NCBI GenBank assembly: GCA_054600435.1
Contig: BAAIJX010000002.1
Span: 62,001 to 126,000, forward strand
Length of the DNA: 64,000 nt
Direction: 5' to 3'
Source: Neophaeotheca triangularis
Lineage: Eukaryota
Position 1 is the first letter of the stretch; the number at the start of each line of letters is the position of its first letter. The position numbers and the translations under genes were made by a program. A model generated the notes under the pieces. The model saw only the letters and a program-made list of their open reading frames with translations, did not search any database and was not told the origin of the DNA. Of this stretch, positions 25,470-36,830 are shown piece after piece.

Positions 25470-27176
25470 TTATGTATCATCAGTTTCCGCTTTCACCCGT
25501 TTCACAACCCTTTCATCCTGAATATCCCCAGAAAGCGATCGACCCCTCGAAGGCGTTTGAACAGGCGTAGCCCGTGCCGAAGGCGCAGCACGATCTAACG
25601 CAACAGGCTCCAAAAAACCATCATTATGGACACCACCCACCATTTCACTAGCCTCAGACGCCGACTCCTGGTCATCGTCCCCTTCGTTCCCAACCGCAGG
25701 TGGCGACTCGTCCCTCGGATCATAACCATGCGCGCGTCGAAGGTGCTCGACAAGGCGTATAGGTGCCGTCCAGATTTTGTCCGGGTTGCGGCAGTCGTCG
25801 TGGGGGCAGATGAGGGGGTCTGGCGGTTCCCAGGTGCGGGCGTGCGAGGAGGCTCGGGAGGATGCTTCGCTTTTGAAGAGGGTGGGGTGGAGGGCTTGGA
25901 GGTCGCCGTCGGTATAGTTGTGGGTTCGTTTGAGGTGGGCCCGTAGTCGCCAGGCTTGGGGGAAAGGGAGAATGGAGCGCTTGCAGGAGGCGACGGGACA
26001 GTGTTGGTCTAAGGTGTTGGCAGAATCTTCGTCGTTGTGCTCATCCTCGCTTGAAATGGGTGAGTCTGATGTGGAGAGATAGTCGGGTATGTAGTCAACG
26101 ACATGGCCTTGTGGTCGAGAATCTGCAGTTTCCGGCATTGTTCTAAATGACATGCCTTCCCCAAATAGCGATGCGCACCGTTTCGCTGCTCGATCTACGA
26201 CCGCCGGGTCCCACCCAGTAAGCGATGCGATACCAAGTATTTCACTCCAGTCACGCGGTTTCAGGCCTTCGTTTTGTCGATGATGACCGGTCTGACGCTG
26301 TTGTGTTTTGACTTCCGTGTTGACCTCGCCGTCGGTTGTAAGCTCCTCTGCTCTTGCCGCGTCGATTTCGTCCCGAGCGAGACCTATACGACTTCGGTGC
26401 AACCCTACCAGAAGATTGTCGAAGAGTGACAAGACCTCATTCACACTTGGACTCAAAACCCTATGAGCTTGCTCATCATCTGCGAGGAAGTGTGGCGGCT
26501 TTTCATCATGAAGTGTATTAGGAATCGGCCCATCCACGCCTTCCTCGCGGCTAGTCACGCCTGCAGACTTTAGACTTCTCGATCGGGATCGACTCGTTCG
26601 GCTGGAAGCTCTACTACGACCCCTTTCACCGGCATCCTGGTCGGAAGCCCAAGTGCGTCGAGTAAAACGTTCTTTAGCCTTCTGCAGCATCAACGCCTGA
26701 ACCTCCTCCCGCAGATCGCCACCAGGAATCCAGGACTCTTCCTTTCGGACAGTATCTTCTTCAGCGATCAAATCCTCGAGACTCCGGCCAAAAACTTCTT
26801 CCTTACGCGGAACATCCTGAGCCGGTAGCGGCCAAGCAGTCCATTGCGGATCGGGGTGCCAGGCAGCTTCCCCGGCTTCGTCACGCTTCATCCAATGGCG
26901 CTTTGTCGACCAGGCGTTGATCCCGTCGTGGTCTTTGGTCTCGTACAGCCGAGCTTTCAGTGCATGGGCGTTGTAGAGATGCACGCTGAGATCGTTGGCC
27001 CTAGACTGATCGAGAGAGGCAGCTAATGAGCGTTCGTCCTTGGTGTAGCCTCTCCATGTACTGTCGGGGCCTTGAAAACGATTCGGACGGTTCTCGTCAT
27101 CTAAAGCATTTTCTGACGACTCACTGGGCGAGAGCCTGTCGGGAATGTAGGCGTCCTCATCTGCATTTGAAGACAT
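25470..27176 (-). CDS. RRN9: RRN9-domain protein (RNA polymerase I upstream activating factor subunit-like) with two C-terminal C2H2 zinc fingers
   Basis: 'SLDQSRANDLSVHLYNAHALK...WTAWPL' resembles the Rrn9 domain as I recall it. Fingers 'CPVASC...HLKRTH' and 'CPHDDC...HLRRAH'. Confidence 0.75.
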   Translation of the reverse strand: MSSNADEDAYIPDRLSPSESSENALDDENRPNRFQGPDSTWRGYTKDERSLAASLDQSRANDLSVHLYNAHALKARLYETKDHDGINAWSTKRHWMKRDEAGEAAWHPDPQWTAWPLPAQDVPRKEEVFGRSLEDLIAEEDTVRKEESWIPGGDLREEVQALMLQKAKERFTRRTWASDQDAGERGRSRASSRTSRSRSRSLKSAGVTSREEGVDGPIPNTLHDEKPPHFLADDEQAHRVLSPSVNEVLSLFDNLLVGLHRSRIGLARDEIDAARAEELTTDGEVNTEVKTQQRQTGHHRQNEGLKPRDWSEILGIASLTGWDPAVVDRAAKRCASLFGEGMSFRTMPETADSRPQGHVVDYIPDYLSTSDSPISSEDEHNDEDSANTLDQHCPVASCKRSILPFPQAWRLRAHLKRTHNYTDGDLQALHPTLFKSEASSRASSHARTWEPPDPLICPHDDCRNPDKIWTAPIRLVEHLRRAHGYDPRDESPPAVGNEGDDDQESASEASEMVGGVHNDGFLEPVALDRAAPSARATPVQTPSRGRSLSGDIQDERVVKRVKAETDDT

Positions 27177-27622
27177 CGTGGTATACACGCCCAAAGACAG
27201 CACTGATCATTGTGAGCTGATTTTGGTCTATGAATTGGTAATATGGACCGTAACAGAGTCAGTACCAGTATTTCGAATCAAAAAATGATTGGTAGACGTA
27301 CATTCTTTTACTGCTCTTGGCGAGATGTAGTGAGTGAAGATTGACGTGCGGTCGAACTGCCCCTTCCCCATGCGGCTAGCTTCTTTCGGCAGCAGCCGTC
27401 GCAAGTTGAAGCTGCAGTTGCGCTTGCGAGCGGCGGCTCTTGGAACAATTTCACCAAGAGGTGCCTACTCAGTACCTACCTCACTCTAACTCGCTTTCCT
27501 TGACAAACAACAATCTCAACACCAAACCACTACCACTACCTACCGTCAGCCTCTTCCGCCATACCACCATATCCCACCAGTCTCTACCTCCCGTCACTAC
27601 CAGCACCGACACAACCACCACC

Positions 27623-28461
27623 ATGGCCGAAGTCGCCGCTACACCAATGGCCTCTGAGCAGGTCCCTCTCGACACCATTCCAGTCTCTCCCGAAGGCGGC
27701 GCGGCCGGCGAGAGCAAGACCGAGGCCACCTCCAGCGACAAAGTCATTACCGTCTTCGACGATCCGGCCAACTTCAACGTCAAGCACCAACTGCAAAACA
27801 CCTGGACCCTCTGGTTCACCAAGCCCCCGAGCGGCAAGCAGGACTGGAACGAGCTTTTGAAGGAGGTAATCTCGTTCGACAGCGTTGAGGAGTTTTGGGG
27901 CATCTACGTAAGTCTCGCCATTACGCGTCCGCATATTGCGCGGTGCCCGTCAAATGTAACAACACTGACTTCCTTATCCAGAACAACATTACCCCCTCCT
28001 CCGAACTCGCGCAAAAGTCCGACTACCACCTTTTCAAACGCGGTGTGCGTCCCGAATGGGAGGACCCTCAAAATAAGCACGGTGGCCGCTGGTCCTACAC
28101 CTTCAAAGGCAGCAAAGCCAACGACGAAACCTGGCTTAACATTATGATGGCGGCTATCGGCGAGACGCTCGAGGACGAGGGCGACAACGAGGTCATGGGC
28201 GTCGTCGTCAACATTCGCAAAACCTTCTGGCGTGTCGGGCTCTGGACGCGCACGGCCGGCCAGCCTCCTAAGGGTAAGCGCGCCGAGCAGGCTGCGCAGG
28301 AAGGGCAGGATCGCGAGGAGGGCAAGAAGCGCTTGGAGAAGATTGGCAAGCGTTTCAAGGACGTGTTGGCGCTGCCGCCTCAGGAGGGGGTCGAGTTCTC
28401 CGGTCACGCCGATTCCGCGCACCAGGGCTCCAGCCGCGCCAAGGCCAAGTTCGCCGTCTAG
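27623..28461 (+). CDS. CDC33: Eukaryotic translation initiation factor 4E; intron 27908-27981
   Basis: 'KHQLQNTWTLWF', 'SVEEFWGIY|NNI', 'DYHLFKRGVRPEWEDPQNKHGGRW', 'GVVVNIR', 'LWTR'. Confidence 0.95.
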
Positions 28462-29528
28462 TAAACTCGACCTCCGTTGGCCGACTCGGTGTGAGCCTGA
28501 GTGTGAAGTTCGAGCAGCGAGACTTGCGACCTGGCTCCAACCATCTCCGCCTACTATTTCCTCCCATCATCCACCCCAGTTTGGCGTTCCCACGGCGTTC
28601 CACTGACACGACACGACCAGCATCCGTACTTCACAATTCACAGCATGTAGCCCTTCACCGCGCTACCACAGCATTCTATCGAAAGGGAGGTAGAGCAAGT
28701 GGCCCTCCGGGAGACGAAGATTTTCCCTTTTTGATTAACGACACACACAACGAACGACTTTTACCAAGGCGGGCATGGCTTCGGTTTTATGCAGATACCC
28801 CCCCAAAAGTCCGGCTTGCGCATGCTAGAGGAGGGAAAAGGCGAGCGGTGGAAGTGGACGGGTGGAATGGATGGACACTGGGCGTTTTCTTCTCTTTCTT
28901 CCGTTTGACACTTGTCGTGGGCGGTTGGGGTTGGTGCTTGTAGTTGGGTTTGGGGGGGTTTTTTCTTTTGTAGTCGTAGCTCAGCAGTGAGATTCTTCGT
29001 GTCTTACTATTGAGAATGTGACATGTCCCTTGGGTTTCACTTTTGCACCTGCGTTCTCTCCATGCGATCTCTTCGTCGTGATGCTTCGATCCCACACCAC
29101 ATTCCATTCCCATCTTCGTACATTAGTAAAGTGAGCGAGTGGGAAAAAAGGGGTATCTCTTAAATTGAAACAAGCTATCGACAAAAGCCAGCTATATAAA
29201 AAAAAAAAGTTTGGAACAATCCGTGTCCGTAATCTCGTGAAAGTCTTTTGGTAGAAATTGGTCGTGAAAGTTACGTTCTCCCCTCTGCTCCTCCTATTCA
29301 ATAAGGGGGGGCGGACGAAGCTTCTTATGGAAACGGGAGCGTCCTTGCTCTCCGTCGCCCTCGCAAGTCTCGAAGAAACGCCCCGAAATCTGCTCGGGAA
29401 GCACCCCATACACCCCCGTTTTACCCCTCGTAAACCCCCCCATTAAAAAAGGCCCTCCCGCTTCTCTGTCTTGTATCCACACCCCCATCCCGCTTCTGCC
29501 CTCCTCTCCACGATTTTGGCGGCAAGTC

Positions 29529-30295
29529 TCAAACGTAGTACTGCCTTCTTGAGCTACTGCGATGCCTCGTCCTGCCCCCGCTGCTGGGCCTGTAGTCATA
29601 ATCGCGACTGGTCCTGTACGCGGTACCGCCGCGGCTGCGCGAGCGGCGGCGGCTGTTATCGTAGCGGCTGGAATGGCGCTTGACGACGACGCGCTCGTTG
29701 TTGTCGTCGCCGCGGTGGTGGTGGGCGACTAGGAGGGCGAGGATCTAGAGAGAGAGAGAAAAAGACACACGTCGTTAGCGGGGATGTTTTTTGTTTTTTT
29801 TTTTTGGGAGGGGTTCGCGAGGCTTACGAAGGTGACGAAAAAGTCGAGGATGAGGATTATGGCGAGAGCGAAGCTCGCTTTGAGCATGGCGCAGTTCTTG
29901 TTGACGTCCAGCGCCCAACTGACGTCGTTCTGTCTCCCATAGCTCCCCAACGGTCCCAGGTTGACGTACAAGTCCCCCGCGGTGAAGTTGCTGCAACTCG
30001 TGTCCGTGACACCCCTCAGATAGTAGACTCCGGCTATCAAGGCGCCGAAAATGCCCAAGTCGACTAGGGCGACGAAGATGGCGTCGTGGCGGGCGCGGAA
30101 GTAGAGGATTAGGGTGAAGACTGCCCAAGCTAGGGCTATGACGCTGGTGATGAAGAGGACCAAGATGAAGCGTGGAGTTAGGGCGTTTTGCGAGACGTAG
30201 CCGTCGACGAAGTAGGCGAGCATGCCGACTATGGGGATTGCGAGGACGATTTGCCAGATGCGCCAGGCGATGAAGAGGACGCCTGCTAGGCCCAT
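29529..30295 (-). CDS. Four-TM MARVEL-like membrane protein with Arg/Ser-rich cytoplasmic tail; intron 29745-29827
   Basis: Four hydrophobic helices; 'FVALVDLGIFGALIAGVYYL', 'CAMLKASFALAI'. Spliced tail ILALLVAHHH...SSSRRQYYV*. Confidence 0.8.
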
Positions 30296-30365
30296 TGTTG
30301 CGGTTGTGTCGCGAGGGGGAAGGTGGTGGATGGGGGGGTTGAGGGAGCGGTGTTTGGGATGGTTC

Positions 30366-30416
30366 GGGTGGGTGGGTGGGTGGGTGGGTGCAGGACTCGA
30401 CTCGACTCGACTCGAC
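30366..30416. repeat. Adjacent (GGGT)n and (GACTC)n microsatellites in the 5' region of the MARVEL-like gene
   Basis: gggtgggtgggtgggtgggtgggtg followed by gactcgactcgactcgactcgac. Confidence 0.8.
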
Positions 30417-31864
30417 GTTCTGCGCGACGACGATGAGTGACGCTCGAGCTGTTGTTCCCCGGTGAGCTGTCGCGTGGTAAAAAGGTCACACAGAAGTCGA
30501 GGGAAAAGCGGAGCGAAGGGGAGGGAACGACTGCGAGCGGGAAGCTTATTTAGAGGTGGTGGGCGAGCAAGCAAGCAAGCGGGATGTGGGTTAATGTAGA
30601 AAAGAGACGAGGCTGGGAGTCGCAATCAAAAGAAGAAACAGGAAGCGCGCTCGCTCGCTCGACCGATGAGATTGGAGGAGGTGACGTCGGTGTAGTTTAT
30701 GGGAGGCCCTCGAGATTGTTGCAGGCGTGTGAGGTCTCAGGTGTGTATGTTACAGTATGTACAGTATAGTACCTTTTATTATTATACAGGATCAGGCCGG
30801 ACAGCTTGCTTGATAATGCAGGTAGTGCATGGAAGATGCTTGGAGCATGTCATGATCAATCTTCACCGTTCACCTTACACCTTACACCTATACCAAGTAC
30901 CTATACCTATACCTTACCTTAATACCAGGTAAGGTAGGTTACATTATTAGGTACCGTAGGTTGCAAGCTTGATGGCTGGAAAGAAGGTGGGGTGGCGCTC
31001 TGACCCGTGCCCTTGGACGGCCAATGCGGGGAGGCTGGGCCAAAAAATCAAGTTTCAGGAAATATATAGTATCTATACCTGACTGTAAGGTATATATAGG
31101 TACACATATACAGTAGGTACCTTATCTTGGTAGACCAAATCGACAACATCATCTGGCCAATTATTAACATCTACTTGGGTATATAGCTGGCAGGGCGAAA
31201 TGATGTGATTCGATGGATTGTAGGTATTTAGGTATTGTACCATATTCCACGCGTGTCCCGCTCCATGACTTCCAACGGCACTCTACGGCTTGCCACGTGC
31301 CGGGCGCAGGAAGCCGGGAAACTACTGTACAGTACTCTTGCGCCCAACAACACTCTGGATCTTGACTTTAGCCCGTGACGACGACGACGACAACCGCACC
31401 ATTATTGATTAGTTACTTACATGACCTAGAAACATATACATCAACACTTGTTGCGCCTTCTGGAGAATGAGAGCCATCTCGACGTTTACATCTGACAATC
31501 ACGATGAGCGAAGCACCAATCCAGCACACCAAAGTCGAGAAAGTCATAGCATACTCCTCACCTGCAAGTCGGAACAAGCTGAAAGCCTTCGCCTCACGCA
31601 AGCAAGCAAGCGAGCATTCGAGATATCCTCACTAGAAACACAATCGAACAAAAGAAAAGGGGGTATCTCCAGTCAAAGCAAGCAACTCCAACCCACACTC
31701 AACGCAACGCAACGCAAACCTCCCGACCTTTACATCCCACACCTCCACCTCCACCTCAACACCCTCACTCACTGCCGCAAAATGCCCTTGACCCACGCAC
31801 TCGGTAACGCCCTCGCACCGCCAGTTAAATCTCCCACAGCCGGCCTTATCGCTCGCACATTCTG

Positions 31865-34198
31865 CTAAAACGGCAAGCGCGAGCCAGCTTCGTCGCCGCC
31901 ACGAGCGAGCTCGGCAATGCCATTCTCCGGCGGCCGGCCCAGTCCCAAACCCGCACCCAGACCCCGTGCGGAAGAGCCGTCGAGGAGTCGCGGCGGTTCG
32001 TCGACCTCGATGCCGCTATCCCTGTCAGCGGCTTCGCTGCCATCGTGGGACGTCGCTGTGACACCGAGGCCAGAATTGCCGAGACCGTTGCTCTCGTTGC
32101 CCGTGCCCACACCCCTCCAGATCCCGCCGAACTCCTCGGCAGCACGCACAGTCTCGTCACCCACGCCCGCGTGCCAGTTGGGTTCGTCCTCGCCGTCGGC
32201 GTCCGAGATTTCAGCGGCAGACTCGCCCGTAGCGTCGTCGTCATGCTCACGTCCCCCGTCCCCCTCACCGTCCCCCTCGGCAACAAGCACCCTTCCCCCA
32301 ACTCCAACATTATCCCTGACTTTCCAATCCAACGCCCTTCTGCCTTCCTCAATCATGCCCTCAGTCGCGAACATACACCTCTTCAAACTCTGATTCATCA
32401 TCTGCGACTGCACGAGCAACTCCTTATGCCTAGCCAAATCGACTTCCAACCGGCGCGAATCCTCCGCTAGCCTGCGATCCTGCTGACTCCCGGTCGGGTT
32501 CGAAGTGGAAGTCGTAGAGAAAGAAGAGCGACGATCCACATCGTCGTCGTCGGAGTCCTCCTCATAAAGATCAGTCAACCCGGAGACCCTGCCACCGCCG
32601 TCCTCGGCATCGGAGTCTTCGTCTGAGATTTCGCCCACGGCAGATAGGCCTTCTGAAAAGCGGGCGTTGCGCTTTGCTCCGTTGTCCATGGGCCCGGGGT
32701 CGAATCGACCGGCTCGGGATAGACGTCTAAAGCGTTTGAGCTCCGACTTTTGTCGGCGCACTTCGCGCTCGAGGGAGGTGTTTATGGCGAGGAGAGAGGA
32801 GTTGCTGATTTCGAGATCCAAGACTTTGCGCTCGCGGCGGGCGTCGGCTGCGGCTTCTTGATTTTGGGTTTGGTTGGATGGGGCTTGTTTCGAGGGGCTA
32901 AGGGGGGTTGGAGGCTCGCCGGGTGGTTCATGTGGGATGACGGGTTCGTGGGTGACAGATTCGATTTGGTTGAGCTTGGTGTTGTTGCTGCCATAGGTGT
33001 CTGAGGTGGGCAGTTCAGGGCGAGAGGATGGGATGCGGGGCACTGTGGCTGGTTTCGGAGGCCCAAGGGGTGAAGGTGTGTTGATTGTTATCTCGGCAGT
33101 AGTGGCAGAGCGACGTCGTTGTTGTGGTGAGTTGCCCGAATCGATGGAAGAGAGGCTAGGAGATTTTCGGTGGGATGTGCTGGTCTTGGACTTTTCTATG
33201 CCTGGTCGACGCGGAGGAGAATCGTGAGATGGCGCAGCTTCTAGCTCGCGTAACGCAGCCATGTTTGATGGACGGGTTCCAAATATTTGAGACGCTCCCT
33301 TTCGATATGATAGGTGAATGTTCTCTTTGCTTGGCGAGGGAGATCGACCTTGTCTGGGCTGGCCTGTCGCTGCTGCAAAGTAGGGCGAGTTGTTTGAGAC
33401 GCTGTTTGAGACTGCACTGCCTGCCGGCGAGAGCACTGGGGGGCTCGTAGAAGGGTTCGACCGTCTGCCAGAGCGCAGCCAGGGTGCGTTGGCTCGCTTT
33501 TCCGAGACCGCTGAAAGCACTGGTGAAGCTGCCCTGGGTGGTGTGCCTTTGCCATTCTTCTTTCCCTCCTCCTTTCCATCTGCGTAAAAGAACGAGGCTG
33601 GTTTCTTTGACTCGACCTTCCTCGATGCCGACTCTTGCTTCGGTCCTTCGCTAGCATGAAAGAAGTGGCTATCGATGCTTTCGTCACCTCTCTGCTGGCC
33701 TACCCCTGGAGAGCCAGGCGGCCGTATCAAGGGCGAAGCTGCTCTTGGTGCGTTGTCGCTTATAGTGCTGGTCGGTCTTCCCACCATGTTCTTGCTTGAT
33801 GTACCATTACTGCCCACTCCCACCGCACTGCTGGCCCGTTCTCCTGTCGTGCTCGATGTAGCGGTAGTCTGCCGTATCCTCGGAGCGAGTGGTGACTCAG
33901 ACGGCTCTGGTGTGGTAGCCGAGATGTCCGCCCTAGACTTGCGTGCCGACGATCTAGGTGTAATGTTGCCAGTCGAGAGCGCATCCTTACTGGGGGTATC
34001 GCCGCGCTTGAGGCTAGGAGGGACAGGGGACGTTTCAGCTCTCACGATCGGTGTTCTTCTCGCGCCCGTCGGTGGCACTGATGGACTAGCACTGGCGGCA
34101 AGGCGAGGCGTCATCGGTGATCGGACGTTGTTTCGATTGGGAGCGAGTGTGGGCTTTAAGGGTCGACCATTCGTGCTGCTGCCCCATCTTTCTGACAT
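31865..34198 (-). CDS. Conserved fungal S/P-rich protein of unknown function with a C-terminal coiled coil
   Basis: 777-aa intronless ORF. The block 'ARRERKVLDLEISNSSLLAINTSLEREVRRQKSEL' is a motif I recognise from fungal hypothetical proteins. Confidence 0.82.
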   Translation of the reverse strand: MSERWGSSTNGRPLKPTLAPNRNNVRSPMTPRLAASASPSVPPTGARRTPIVRAETSPVPPSLKRGDTPSKDALSTGNITPRSSARKSRADISATTPEPSESPLAPRIRQTTATSSTTGERASSAVGVGSNGTSSKNMVGRPTSTISDNAPRAASPLIRPPGSPGVGQQRGDESIDSHFFHASEGPKQESASRKVESKKPASFFYADGKEEGKKNGKGTPPRAASPVLSAVSEKRANAPWLRSGRRSNPSTSPPVLSPAGSAVSNSVSNNSPYFAAATGQPRQGRSPSPSKENIHLSYRKGASQIFGTRPSNMAALRELEAAPSHDSPPRRPGIEKSKTSTSHRKSPSLSSIDSGNSPQQRRRSATTAEITINTPSPLGPPKPATVPRIPSSRPELPTSDTYGSNNTKLNQIESVTHEPVIPHEPPGEPPTPLSPSKQAPSNQTQNQEAAADARRERKVLDLEISNSSLLAINTSLEREVRRQKSELKRFRRLSRAGRFDPGPMDNGAKRNARFSEGLSAVGEISDEDSDAEDGGGRVSGLTDLYEEDSDDDDVDRRSSFSTTSTSNPTGSQQDRRLAEDSRRLEVDLARHKELLVQSQMMNQSLKRCMFATEGMIEEGRRALDWKVRDNVGVGGRVLVAEGDGEGDGGREHDDDATGESAAEISDADGEDEPNWHAGVGDETVRAAEEFGGIWRGVGTGNESNGLGNSGLGVTATSHDGSEAADRDSGIEVDEPPRLLDGSSARGLGAGLGLGRPPENGIAELARGGDEAGSRLPF

Positions 34199-34685
34199 GG
34201 TTCCTCTCTAAAATGTGTAGATCAATGAAAGCTTCTCTTTCCAAGTAAAGAGCAGCCTTCGCCCGACGTCTCTTCTTTCGATACTACAGCAATTCCACGT
34301 GGATGCTTCGCTTCACTGGCCAAGGAGGCATGCTGCTGTCGCCGAACCGAGAGGCCAGCTCTGTCGGATGAAATATTTGTTTACCAGCGAATGTTATGAA
34401 TCACCTGGGTCTTCTTCGTACTGTCGCTTCGTGTAACGTATTCGAATGTGACGAAAGTTGTCGATGAACTGTGCCTTGTTGTTCGAAGGCGTTGCAGTGT
34501 TGATATGGGCGGTTCAAGCTTCACGTAATAAGGTGATTGATGCAGGGATCCCGCCCGACCGACTCCCGACGGCGCGACTTCGTCGATTTCCCACATCACG
34601 GGACCACGCGTCGCTCTGCAGAGCCGCATCGTCATCGCGTTTCCATCAGGACGCCTTCGATACAATTACACAACAGCATGGTACA

Positions 34686-36830
34686 ATGTCGGATCACAGC
34701 CCAGCAGCGGAGGGACCCCAGTACGACGAGGGAGAGCCCGATGGCAACGAGGAGGGGCCGGCAGCGAGCCAACACCACACCCTCAAATACCATCTGCTCG
34801 GCCCTTCCCTCACCAAGTCCGGTCAAGACGGTGTAGACCAGCAAAAAGTCTCGGAGATCATCTACAATGCTTCCAAAGGCAGTCGTTTCTTCAACAACGA
34901 AGAGAACAAGGACAAGAACCTTACTGTAAAGATATCCCGCATCCTCGCCAAGAAGCGCGAGCTGGAACGAATAGAGGTACAAGGCGGGCTGAAAAACGAC
35001 CAGAAGAAGGCCGATGATCTCATCGCTGAGCTGGAATACAGCAGAGACCTCAGCCAGGTGTTGGTTCATATAGACTGTGATGCCTTTTACGCCGCGGTGG
35101 AAGAGCTAGACCGACCGGAGCTGAAAGAGGTCCCCTTTGCAGTAGGTAAAGGCGTACTCACAACCTGCAACTACCACGCCCGCAAGTTTGGATGTCGTTC
35201 AGGAATGGCGGGCTTTGTCGCCGACAAGCTCTGTCCGCAGCTCATCCATGTTCCCCTCAACTTTGACAAGTATACCGCCAAAGCGAAAGAAGTGCGAGCT
35301 GTCTTGGCCCAATACGATCCGCGCTTCGAAAGCGCCAGTATGGACGAGGCATACCTTAACATCACGGCTTACTGCGACGAACACAGCCTTAGCCCCGAAG
35401 ACTGTGTCTCACAACTCCGCGCTCAAGTCTACGAAGAAACCAAAATCACAGTCTCCGCTGGTATCGCCGCGAACGCCAAACTCGCCAAGATATGCAGCAA
35501 CAGGAACAAACCAAACGGCCAGTTTCGGCTGCCTTCTGAGCGCACAGCTATTATGGCGTTTATGCGTGACCTGCCGACTCGCAAAGTGAACGGCATCGGC
35601 CGGGTTTTCGAGCGCGAACTGGAAGCCATAGGAGTACGGACCTGCGGCGACATCTTCGGTCAACGGCACTACTTACAGCGCCTCTTCGGGGAAAAAGCCT
35701 TCCACTTCCTCATGGGCATATACCTAGGCCTAGGGAGAACAGACGTGCGACCATCAGAAGAGCACGAGCGAAAGAGCGTGGGGACCGAAAGCACATTCCA
35801 TGACATGCAAGACACGAAAGAGCTGCGAGAGAAACTACGCTGGATAGCAGACGAGCTGGAAAAGGATTTGCAACGCACCGGCTTCAAAGGCAGAACGCTC
35901 GTTCTCAAAATAAAGCTGCACAGTTACGAAGTGCTCTCCCGACAAGTGCAGCCTCCCAAAGCCGTCTACACTTCCGACGACCTCTTCCACTACTCCCTAC
36001 CTATGCTGCAGAAATTGGAAAAGGAGATTCCTGGCATGAAACTCCGCCTCATGGGCCTCCGCTGCACCCACCTCGTCAACATGAAGAAAGGCGAGATTGA
36101 CTTTTTCGGGCGCGCGCGGCAGTTGCAGCGAGACACTTCTTCTCCCGGTGGGGTGGATAGGGCGAATGCAAGCAAAATCGAACTCGACCAAGATGGCTGG
36201 CAAAAATGGCCCACGGACGAGCAAGCTTTCGAGGATGCCGCAAGACAGGAGCGCGAAGACGAGGCGGAGCAGCTGGAGAAGCTGTCGCAGGAACTCGAGC
36301 AGGAGTACCAGCATGCGGCAGACGCGGCCGGCGAAACAACCAACGTATACGACCCCCGTCACGACAATCAACACTACGACAACAAGCCCGACCACGACGC
36401 TTTCAAGAAGCGGAAACAAGAAAATGGTTTCGCATGGCGCACGCTGCTGGAGGATGAAAAAAACGCCGCCGCCGCCGCCAACCGAACAGATAACACCGCT
36501 CGGCCGCCTATAGAGCAATGGGACTGTCCCATCTGCGCATTGCCCCAACCCGCTGATGAGAGGGATTTCAACGCGCATTTGGATGGGTGTTTGAGCCGGC
36601 GGACTATTCGGGAGATAGTCCGAAGCGGGGGTGGGGAGGAGTCTGAGGCTGGAGGGCAGCGGACGCGGAGTCCAGGGCTGGTGAGTTTGAATGGAACTGG
36701 AGCCAAGCGGAAAGAGAGTGGGCAGCGCAGTGGGAATGCGGGCGGAAATGGTAGTGGTGGTGATGGTGGTGAAAACACCAGTAGCAGCGAGGGGCCCAAC
36801 AAAAGAACGAAGAGGGCTTTCTTCACCTAG
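34686..36830 (+). CDS. POLK: Y-family DNA polymerase kappa (DinB family)
   Basis: N-clasp 'KVSEIIYNASKGSRFF', 'HIDCDAFYAAVE', 'TCNYHARKFG', 'SMDEAYL', 'LAKICS', 'GIG', 'RKSVGTESTF'; UBZ finger 'CPIC...HLDGC'; C-terminal 'KRAFF'. ACGCGT at 34606 upstream. Confidence 0.95.
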   Translation: MSDHSPAAEGPQYDEGEPDGNEEGPAASQHHTLKYHLLGPSLTKSGQDGVDQQKVSEIIYNASKGSRFFNNEENKDKNLTVKISRILAKKRELERIEVQGGLKNDQKKADDLIAELEYSRDLSQVLVHIDCDAFYAAVEELDRPELKEVPFAVGKGVLTTCNYHARKFGCRSGMAGFVADKLCPQLIHVPLNFDKYTAKAKEVRAVLAQYDPRFESASMDEAYLNITAYCDEHSLSPEDCVSQLRAQVYEETKITVSAGIAANAKLAKICSNRNKPNGQFRLPSERTAIMAFMRDLPTRKVNGIGRVFERELEAIGVRTCGDIFGQRHYLQRLFGEKAFHFLMGIYLGLGRTDVRPSEEHERKSVGTESTFHDMQDTKELREKLRWIADELEKDLQRTGFKGRTLVLKIKLHSYEVLSRQVQPPKAVYTSDDLFHYSLPMLQKLEKEIPGMKLRLMGLRCTHLVNMKKGEIDFFGRARQLQRDTSSPGGVDRANASKIELDQDGWQKWPTDEQAFEDAARQEREDEAEQLEKLSQELEQEYQHAADAAGETTNVYDPRHDNQHYDNKPDHDAFKKRKQENGFAWRTLLEDEKNAAAAANRTDNTARPPIEQWDCPICALPQPADERDFNAHLDGCLSRRTIREIVRSGGGEESEAGGQRTRSPGLVSLNGTGAKRKESGQRSGNAGGNGSGGDGGENTSSSEGPNKRTKRAFFT

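Noticed and set aside
29060..29100. TTCGATCCC T-loop-like motif suggesting a tRNA
   Set aside because: No acceptor stem, D arm or anticodon arm can be formed.
34458..34685. N-terminal extension of POLK from a non-ATG start
   Set aside because: It covers promoter sequence containing an MCB; the first in-frame ATG is at 34686.
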